Below the pieces are notes generated by a model. It made no database searches. It had not been told where the DNA came from and worked only from the letters and a program-made list of their open reading frames with translations. Below, in pieces: positions 56,293 to 64,000 of a stretch of 64,000 nucleotides of DNA; the stretch's first letter is position 1, and every line of letters begins with the position of its first letter. The DNA is from Rebecca billardiae RCC1528 (Eukaryota; Protista; Haptophyta), in assembly GCA_965240325.2 (NCBI GenBank), contig OZ251228.1, forward strand, positions 1,736,001-1,800,000, given 5' to 3'. The position numbers and the translations under genes were made by a program.

Positions 56293-57346
56293 GAGGCCGC
56301 TCGAGCGACTTCGTGTCAGGCGAGGCAGATCGCGCCAGTGCGAGGCGAGGCAGACGCTCGCCTGCCTCGCCCAGCAGGCGAGGCAGCTAAGCTAGTAAAG
56401 CCGCGGCCGAACTTTACGAAAGCCAAATGTCTGCCGGTGCGCCGCCCGTCTTTGCGCACGGTGACAAGGGCGCGCGAGGGCGCTTCCTCACGATCCCGAA
56501 GAGCGCTGCGCGCGGCGTCGCGTTGGCGGCGGCAGCGGCGCTGGGGTGTATCTTGCCCATTCTGCTTGGCGGTGCGCGCTCATGACGCCTCGGCCGCCGC
56601 CACGCCATGCGCGACCGGGCGTGTCGCCTTCTTGACGGGCAGTGCACACGCCCTTGCAAGCGCACAGCCGTGAAGAGCCGAGAGCGTCCGTCGCGCGCAC
56701 GCCGCCCACGCGGGATGCTTTGTGTTATCAACGAAGCCACCTTGCCCATGCGCTCCGCCGAGTTCGCCATGCGCTCAGAGCAGTCAAGATCGCTGAACGA
56801 GAGGATGTCATCGGCTGAAATGCAGGTGAGCAGTGGTCATCGTAGTTGCTACCCATGGTCATCATGGCTCGCACATGCCAGAGCGCGATCGCTCAGTGTC
56901 ATACGAATAGTCCTGAAACCTCATCCCGCGTGGGCGGCGTGCGCGCGACGGACGCTCTCGGCTCTTCACGGCTGTGCGCTTGCAAGGGCGTGTGCACTGC
57001 CCGTCAAGAAGGCGACACGCCCGGTCGCGCATGGCGTGGCGGCGGCCGAGGCGTCATGAGCGCGCACCGCCAAGCAGAATGGGCAAGATACACCCCAGCG
57101 CCGCTGCCGCCGCCAACGCGACGCCGCGCGCAGCGCTCTTCGGGATCGTGAGGAAGCGCCCTCGCGCGCCCTTGTCACCGTGCGCAAAGACGGGCGGCGC
57201 ACCGGCAGACATTTGGCTTTCGTAAAGTTCGGCCGCGGCTTTACTAGCTTAGCTGCCTCGCCTGCTGGGCGAGGCAGGCGAGCGTCTGCCTCGCCTCGCA
57301 CTGGCGCGATCTGCCTCGCCTGACACGAAGTCGCTCGAGTGGCCTC
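56293..57346. mobile_element. 1.05-kb foldback element with 425-bp TIRs and 5-bp TSD TATCA
   Basis: 56293-56717 is the reverse complement of 56922-57346 (near-perfect, no net indel). TATCA at 56288-56292 and 57347-57351. Confidence 0.9.
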
Positions 57347-57539
57347 TATCATAAGTCTACGGTCCTGGGCCGGTCCGGGACGCTGAGTCGGGAGTTTCCG
57401 GAGCGTTCGGCGTTCGCGGCGACCGTTTTGCTTTTGCGTAGATCAGCAAGCTTTTTCGGCTCGCGCCCGCTCTCTCGCCGCCGCTTCGCACGGTCGCAAC
57501 CTTCCACGCCAACCCCGCGGTCGCGCCCGCCCTCCGTCC

Positions 57540-59129
57540 ATGACGAGACCTGTGGTGTTCACTCGCCTCGGCGGGGGCGCGACGACGCTGTACGAGATCG
57601 AGATGCCCTCCCTCGAGGCTGCGCACGTGCGCCGCCTCGACGTGCGCGAGCTCATCAACCGCTCGGGCGCGCTCGCCGCCATGCTCGCACATCTGCCCGA
57701 GCAGTGCGTGCTCGACGCGCCCTCGCTCACGCCGCTCACGCTCGAAGCGCTGGCAACGTGGCTGACCAACGACGCGGGGCACGATGGAGCGAGCCTTGTC
57801 ATCGCCCTTCGTGACCTTTGGCATGCTGCGCACGCGGCCACCGCGGACTATCTGAGAGCTGAGCCTGGGCCGTCGCCTGAGCGGCGCCGGGCGGGCGGCG
57901 GCACCCAGGGCGGCGCTCAGGCGGCCCGCCGCTTGCCTCGCAGGTCCTCGTCGCCTACCTCGCACGCGGGAGACTTGTCGGCGCAGCTAAACGGCGAGTA
58001 CGATGTGAACCTCGCGCGCGAACGAGCGCTCGCGCGGCTGCACGCCACGCTCGCGTCGATCGCCACACCTGTGCTCGCGGCGTGCGCGCGATGGCGGCAT
58101 CTGGTCTTCGGCAGGCTGGGGACGCACCCGACGGCTATGCTCAGGGTGGCGGAGGAGCTCGACCTAGCGGGGCTCCGGCTGCTGTGCGTGGCTTACATGG
58201 CCGCGCACTGCCAGGCGGAGCCCTCCGTGCTCGTGTGGCTCGCCGAGCACATCACGCCCGTCGCCGCCGCCGACGTGAGGCGCGCCGCCTACCCACCGCC
58301 GCCCTTCCCTGTCCACACCGCGCCCGGGGCGGCCGGCGCGCACGCCGCGCGCACGGACAGCGCAGCGGGCCGCGGGCACGGCTCGAGGGCGAGCCCTCGA
58401 CAGCGCCCTGCGACGGCACGCGCGCGCGCACCTGACGACGAGCGTGCTGGCTTTGAGCCGGAGGCCGACGCGGCGGTCGCCTCTCTTCTGCTCGAGCTTG
58501 GGCTGTGCCCCTCAGCCCAGGCCGCGCAGCAGGTGCCCGGGACCTCGGCGCGTGGCGGCGAGGACGTGGAGGCGCGCGGACACACCACATCGCCGGCATC
58601 GAACGCGAATACCGAGCGCGAGGCCAAGCCCATCGGCGGGCAGGCACCTCCATGGTACCCGGCTGGACGCGCGGTGTCGACGCATCTGCGCTCCCCGTCG
58701 CCGCGGCGCGGCGAGCGCGGCGCGACGCTCGCACGCCGAGGCCACGCATCTTCGCCGCGGCGTGCGCGGCGTGCGACGATGGCGCCCGTCTTCGGTGACG
58801 CCGCTGTGGCTGCCATGCGCGTGCGGCGTACACAGCACCTCGCTGCCGAGGCGGCTGCCGATGGCCGGCGCTTTGAGCGCATCCTGTGGGCGGAATGGGA
58901 GGAGGGGCGGCGCATCGAGCGGCGCGCCGAGTTGCGCGCACGCGCGCGTCGGATGGCGCGGGTGGCGGCCGTGACCGCAGCTCAGGACGCCTCGGAGCAG
59001 GGTGAGCGCACGACCGGCTCTGTTGCCACACGGTCGCGCACACCAGTATTCTGCTCCGGAGGGCGTCGTGGGCCCGGAGCGGCCGCAAGGTCGTCTGCTC
59101 GGCATCACTCATCAATAAGGCATCATTGA
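57540..59129 (+). CDS. Hypothetical protein with a BTB/BACK-like segment
   Basis: Long ORF with protein-like N-terminal half; MLRVAEELDLAGLRLLCVAYMAAH resembles the BTB C-terminal/BACK helices. Confidence 0.6.
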   Translation: MTRPVVFTRLGGGATTLYEIEMPSLEAAHVRRLDVRELINRSGALAAMLAHLPEQCVLDAPSLTPLTLEALATWLTNDAGHDGASLVIALRDLWHAAHAATADYLRAEPGPSPERRRAGGGTQGGAQAARRLPRRSSSPTSHAGDLSAQLNGEYDVNLARERALARLHATLASIATPVLAACARWRHLVFGRLGTHPTAMLRVAEELDLAGLRLLCVAYMAAHCQAEPSVLVWLAEHITPVAAADVRRAAYPPPPFPVHTAPGAAGAHAARTDSAAGRGHGSRASPRQRPATARARAPDDERAGFEPEADAAVASLLLELGLCPSAQAAQQVPGTSARGGEDVEARGHTTSPASNANTEREAKPIGGQAPPWYPAGRAVSTHLRSPSPRRGERGATLARRGHASSPRRARRATMAPVFGDAAVAAMRVRRTQHLAAEAAADGRRFERILWAEWEEGRRIERRAELRARARRMARVAAVTAAQDASEQGERTTGSVATRSRTPVFCSGGRRGPGAAARSSARHHSSIRHH

Positions 59130-59291
59130 CAGTATCGGCGCCCTAATCATCCGATCACGCCGGTCACTGAATCTTTAGCTGACCGAATGCCAGCGCTGAG
59201 TTATTATTAGAGTGACGGCCGGTTCACAGAGTCCCTGCTGCGCACTTGCGGCAGCGGACCGCGCCGCAGTGTTCCGAGCCGGGTACTATAA

Positions 59292-59293
<2 letters not shown>

Positions 59294-59372
<79 letters not shown>
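59294..59372. repeat. (TA)n microsatellite
   Basis: Direct inspection. Confidence 0.97.
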
Positions 59373-59374
<2 letters not shown>

Positions 59375-60364
59375 TTTCCGCCGCTCCAGTGCCCGTCCCG
59401 GACCGCCGTGGACTTAGACTAACTACTCACTCACTAACTAGACTTAGCAGCCAAAGCAGGACTAAACCGTAAACGCGCCGAACCGACTGATCACTCACAG
59501 ACAGACTGATGGTGCCGCGTACTGAATCATTAAAATTAAATAACATCCGAGCCGAGTAGCGTCATCAGCAGCCTATTTAAATAATAATAATTATATATAT
59601 ATATATAATACTGTCTGCTGATGACACTGTTCGACACTCACTACTGCTTTGTCACTCACTACTCAGTCACTCAGTCTCAGAAGTTTCCGGATCCGCGTCG
59701 CGTCGTTCTGAAGTCGTCGTTCCGGCCGTGCCGGGGCACAGGCCCCGGGAATTTTATGGGCGGGAAGTCGGATGACCACACGATGACGTCGCGGCAACGG
59801 CATGCCTCCATGCCTGATGCCGCACGGGGCTGCCCGCATCAGGGCGGCTGCCACTGCGCGACCACATGGCGACCTCGCCCGGCTTGCGAGGTCGCAAGCC
59901 GAACTCCGTGACCAGCCGAACCGTGACCAGCAGTGGCACCCACGCCAGTCCCTGCTGCCCTCCTCCACGATGACCGAGACTAGCTCTCGGGCGACGACTT
60001 GGACGACGAGGAGGCACCGCAGCAGCGGGTGAAGCGCACCCTGGACGACGCCGCAGCGCCAGCCACCGCCAGCCAGCCAGCTGGATCGCGCGGCAAGCGC
60101 GTCCGCGACCGCCCGGGGGAGCACGGGGCAGGCTCGACCAGCTGCTACCAGCGGCTGAGACTACCAGCTGACATCCGGACCTGCACCCTCGCCCTCGCTC
60201 AGGGCACAGCAGGTCCATGCGAGCCGCGCAGCGCAGGTGGATCGCGCTCCAGCAGCTCAAGGCCGCGCTCGAGCCATTCGATCGCGTGCAGGACTGCTAT
60301 GGGCAGGCGAGATCGCCCTCTAGGACGAATACGATTTCAAGGGGGTCATCCTGTGCAATACGAA

Positions 60365-60778
60365 CTCATCATCAATTGCTACCCACGTCCTTGAATGCTG
60401 ACTATGATATTGATCTGGGGCGGGGAACTCCAACAACTTTATGATATAATAGATATGCTGAACTCTGCTGAATCTACTATAGCAATTCTCGCGTGCCTGA
60501 GCGGCTGAGCTATGTGCGTGTCTTGTTCTGAGTAAATGAGCGACATATGAATACACATGTGAGTGAATACTCATGCATATGTTGACCTCCACCCCTCATC
60601 ATCAAATGCTACCCACGTCCTTGAATGCTGACTATGATATTGATCTGGGGCGGGGAACTCCAACAACTTTAGATCTGGGCTGAGCCATGTGCGTGTCTTG
60701 TTCTGAGTAAATGAGCGATATACATGAATACACATGTGAGTGAATACTCATGCATATGTTGACCTCCACCCACTCATC
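60365..60778 (+). repeat. AT-rich imperfect tandem duplication (230-bp offset) upstream of the homeobox gene
   Basis: 60365-60594 is repeated from 60595 with an internal indel of ~55 bp. Confidence 0.9.
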
Positions 60779-60926
60779 CAGACTACGGTATGATACCTGT
60801 GTGGAACAGGAACCGGTACGGCATTGACGTCACAGCGACGCCTCACCAAACTCACCAGCTCATTTCCACGACGAACTGACGGCGACGACCGCGAAGACGA
60901 TTCTTCGACCTCCTCCCTAGGGACGC

Positions 60927-61634
60927 ATGCTGCCTGACACGGCCCTCCCACCAGCAGTGCGCCCAAAGCGACGCTGGAGGGCACCCCCGGAGCACAGGAT
61001 GCTGCTCGAGGCGGTCTTCTCCGTGTCTGACATGCCGGACCGCGACACGATCCACACGCTCGCCAACATGCTGAGCGTTCAGCCAAACCAGGCCAGGGTC
61101 TGGTTCCAAAACAAGCGGCTTCGTCTACGCAAGAGCAACAAAGGCGCCGATCCCACGCTCGACCAGACGCTCGACCAGATGTGGGAGAGCTCGCCGTCCT
61201 CCACGTTGCCGCCATCCACGCCTGCGACGCTCCCGGGTGTGACCAACATTGCTGCGACCGGTGTTGATGCATCATCATCAGCGTGGGCGCAGCAGCAGCT
61301 GTCGGACGCGGTTTGCACTTTTGCACACATGTGCTACCTCACAAGCCTGTACGCCGCGCTGGAAACGGCGACGACAACACCTTCGGCATCCGTGCCTGTG
61401 GCGCAGACTAGTTATTGTACTTCGGAGGGCTCGCTGACAACAACAAGTACTACTACTACAACAATGATGCCGTCGTGGCCGTGGGCCACGACTGATGGCT
61501 TCTTCATCACGCCGCCTGGCACGGACTGTGCGTACGCTCCGCCCAGCTCAGCGGCAGAGGCCACCACCGAGGCGGCGTATTCCTCGATCTTCTCGCCGTG
61601 CTGGACTGAATGCACAACTCCAAAGCTCATGTGA
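60927..61634 (+). CDS. Homeodomain transcription factor (non-TALE, Q50)
   Basis: RPKRRWRAPPEHRMLLEAVFSVSDMPDRDTIHTLANMLSVQPNQARVWFQNKRLRLRK, followed by an S/T/P-rich tail. Confidence 0.88.
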   Translation: MLPDTALPPAVRPKRRWRAPPEHRMLLEAVFSVSDMPDRDTIHTLANMLSVQPNQARVWFQNKRLRLRKSNKGADPTLDQTLDQMWESSPSSTLPPSTPATLPGVTNIAATGVDASSSAWAQQQLSDAVCTFAHMCYLTSLYAALETATTTPSASVPVAQTSYCTSEGSLTTTSTTTTTMMPSWPWATTDGFFITPPGTDCAYAPPSSAAEATTEAAYSSIFSPCWTECTTPKLM

Positions 61635-62209
61635 CCTCAAGGCTCAACCTGAAGCGTGAACTCGTCACCGCGGCGCCTCGGACCGAGTGTCGCGGACCGG
61701 CACGGCGCAGACAGTGACAGCGTCAGACTCAGTCAACTAAGAAACTGCTCCAGACTCGTACTGTAGCGGTCTCACGACGGCAGATCACTGATCCTGAGTC
61801 CACTCACTATCGCGGACCCGACTCATAACGCGCCGGGACCTGCATCGGCAGTCGTCGGCACGGCACTCTGGCAGTTCGGCCGCTCGGCTACTAGCTAGCC
61901 GACGGTAGTCGAGTATCTGCGCACAGTCGGTCTGCCGTCGGCCACGGAGCGACGTTGAATTTTAGAGGCGGCGGACTGGCCACGGCTGTGAGCTGTCTCC
62001 GTTTGTGTCGCAATGTGGCTGCGCCGGCTGCTGCCTGCGGGGCTACGGGGGCACACGCGGCACTGGGCGGTGGTGAGCAGCGCCATTCTTTGAATCTTTC
62101 TGTCGTGATTTAATGAATCGCGGACTACATTGGCGTTCCGTCTGCGTGTCTCGTGACCCCCACGCGGAAAGTCGGCGCGGTGGCGACCGCGACCCGGGCG
62201 GCGCCGGCG

Positions 62210-62248
<39 letters not shown>

Positions 62249-62273
62249 ATATATATATACATACATACATACA

Positions 62274-62333
<60 letters not shown>

Positions 62334-62343
62334 CACACACACA
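62210..62343. repeat. Compound (TATATG)n/(TA)n/(TACA)n/(CA)n microsatellite
   Basis: Direct inspection. Confidence 0.95.
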
Positions 62344-62988
62344 TCCGCATAGTAACTGATCTGATCGGTCGTCTGTAACTGATTTATAGATGTACGTCCG
62401 TGAGTTGCCCACACTCCGGTCTCGTGGTGCACGACACGATAGTTCATACTGAGTGAGTGAGTTACTGTGAGTCTGATGGCACTCAGCGGGCCGCTGCTCT
62501 GACAGTTCAGGCGGCGCGGAGGATAGCCGTGTACGATCTAGCTAGTTACTACTTACTTAATAAACCTCATCTAACGAGGATCAGTCAAGTTATATATATG
62601 TGTCTGTTGCACTCTGAGCCTGACGCTTGTCCGATGCTGCCACGTCGTTAAATATATATATAATTAGTGCAGTGCCACAGCATTAGTCAGTAGCCCATTG
62701 ACACGGATTGAGTCAGCAGCGGGACCACCAGCCGCTCGGCTGTGAGTCGGCAGACTCGCCCCTCCCTCTCGGACTCGGTCTCGGAGTCGGAGGCCGGCGG
62801 GAGGCGTCACTCCGAGGCGTGAGTGTCAGTGAGAGTCCTGACTAACTGGACAGACGCGGTCGCGGGTTAAGACAATATATACTCGACGGTTCGGGTTTGA
62901 AGTCCTGTTAAGTGTTAGTGAATACGGTGATCTGTGATGGCGCCGTCTAATCCGTCTGCTATTGTCTGAGTGTCTGACGACGACTGAA

Positions 62989-63990
62989 TTAAGAGTAGAC
63001 GTGCGATTGCGTCTGCTCGATGTCGTGCCTCAGCACGGTCACCGTCTGACCATGCACGCGTGCCTGGATGCCGCCGCCCGGCGCGATCGCGCCGAGCGGC
63101 GAGCCATCTGCGCCGATGACCGCGCTGACGGGCACGCCCTCGTCCTGCACCAGCCATATCCAGCTGAGCGACAACGCAAACAAGCACAGCAGCGTGAGGG
63201 CGAGGCTGCATAGCAGGATCAGCCGGCACGAGCGGTGCGAGGCCCGGCAGCACTGCCGCGGCGTGGGCTGCTGCGCCTGGAGCAGCCTCATGTTGTGCAG
63301 TATTCTCCGCGCACGCCGCGCGACGTCCGGCTTGAGCTCATCCGCCGCAATCTCTTCTAGGCGCGGCATCGCGTCGGAGCGCTCGAGGAACTGCACGCAC
63401 TGGATGTCGCCCGAGACCTGGCGAGCGGCGCGCGGAGCGGTGGGGTCGGCGCGCGCGGGTGAGCAGCTGCGTGCGCGGGCGGGCGCGCGCCTCAGCCGCA
63501 CTGCCTGCCGTGCCGCGCGCGCGCGCACATTGGACATGCCCACGACGCCATAGGATTGGATCGTTGGGTCAGGCGACGAGAGTGCCGAGAGCAGGATGTG
63601 CAGCACGCCGGGCTCCTTGAGCAGGTCGGCGCCGCCAAAGTAGGTCAGGTTGGCCATGCACGACATGCACCACCTGAGCAGCGTGCCCGACGTGTTCGGC
63701 GGCGACGCGCACACGCCGCCGACCACCGGCGGCTCCGGCCACGCGTGGAGCTCGGTGATGAGCGCCACGAGCTTCCACGTGATGCCGTGCCGCTTGAGGA
63801 GCTCGTAGTGCGACGCGATGTCCGAGTCGTCGATCTTAGTGAGCATCTTCGCGAGCTCGCGCAGCGCCTTCTCGCGCACCTCAATGCTCAGCGACGGGTC
63901 GAGCGTGCGGCCATACGACGCTATGCTCGACGCGGGAGATGAAAATCTCGACTTGCTGCTCGCGAGCGCCGAGGTGACGGAGCCGACCAT
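62989..63990 (-). CDS. Armadillo/HEAT-like repeat protein with a C-terminal transmembrane segment; may extend beyond the window
   Basis: ARM-like helices (GITWKLVALI, CMSCMANLT, GVLHILLSALSSPDPTIQSYGVVGMSN). Predicted intron 63418-63528. TM LILLCSLALTLLCLFALSLSWIWLV. The frame stays open upstream of 63990. Confidence 0.7.
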   Translation of the reverse strand: MVGSVTSALASSKSRFSSPASSIASYGRTLDPSLSIEVREKALRELAKMLTKIDDSDIASHYELLKRHGITWKLVALITELHAWPEPPVVGGVCASPPNTSGTLLRWCMSCMANLTYFGGADLLKEPGVLHILLSALSSPDPTIQSYGVVGMSNVRARAARQAVRLRRAPARARSCSPARADPTAPRAARQVSGDIQCVQFLERSDAMPRLEEIAADELKPDVARRARRILHNMRLLQAQQPTPRQCCRASHRSCRLILLCSLALTLLCLFALSLSWIWLVQDEGVPVSAVIGADGSPLGAIAPGGGIQARVHGQTVTVLRHDIEQTQSHVYS

Positions 63991-64000
63991 ACCGGTGGAC

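Noticed and set aside
3863-57346. Long inverted repeats as assembly or read-chimera artefacts
   Set aside because: Most arms differ by substitutions or indels, four elements have exact TSDs, and one has an empty site in the window. Read-level confirmation is still advisable.
59999-60394. 131-aa ORF upstream of the homeobox gene
   Set aside because: Non-ATG start and apparent frameshifts; no domain recognised.
60365-60778. CRISPR-like repeat-spacer array
   Set aside because: Only two long copies, no regular spacers, no cas genes, eukaryotic context.
1-64000. tRNA, rRNA or snRNA genes
   Set aside because: None recognised by eye; a tRNAscan-SE/Infernal run would be needed to exclude them.

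Overview
Very GC-rich eukaryotic nuclear DNA with short GCGC-rich introns, including one GC-AG intron. It is most like a haptophyte alga such as Diacronema/Pavlova (inference). About 19 protein genes are supportable: a SNF2/ISWI-like ATPase with PHD-type fingers, cathepsin H, TOP3B, a GT91/GH130-like protein, a small membrane protein, an organellar MetRS with a WHEP domain, a BTB protein, a ~2400-aa GRIP golgin, F-box and F-box-RCC1 proteins, two SGNH/PC-esterase proteins, a renalase-like oxidoreductase, a PLP/M6-like tetraspan protein, a PLOD-type glycosyltransferase, a glycosyltransferase-sulfotransferase fusion, a BTB/BACK-like protein, a homeodomain protein and an ARM-repeat protein. The most striking unexplained structure is a dense set of non-autonomous mobile elements. 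(i) Three foldback elements share CAAGGG...CCCTTG ends, and two of them have exact 7-bp target duplications (P-superfamily-like). (ii) A 4-kb element with 854-bp TIRs is nested in a 1.5-kb repeat whose empty copy is also in the window. (iii) Two further long-TIR foldbacks are present. (iv) Two families next to (TA)n tracts have asymmetric sub-terminal inverted repeats and hairpins (Helentron/DINE-like). Four of the long foldbacks lie 110-200 bp upstream of start codons. No intact transposase, rRNA, tRNA or CRISPR array was recognised.
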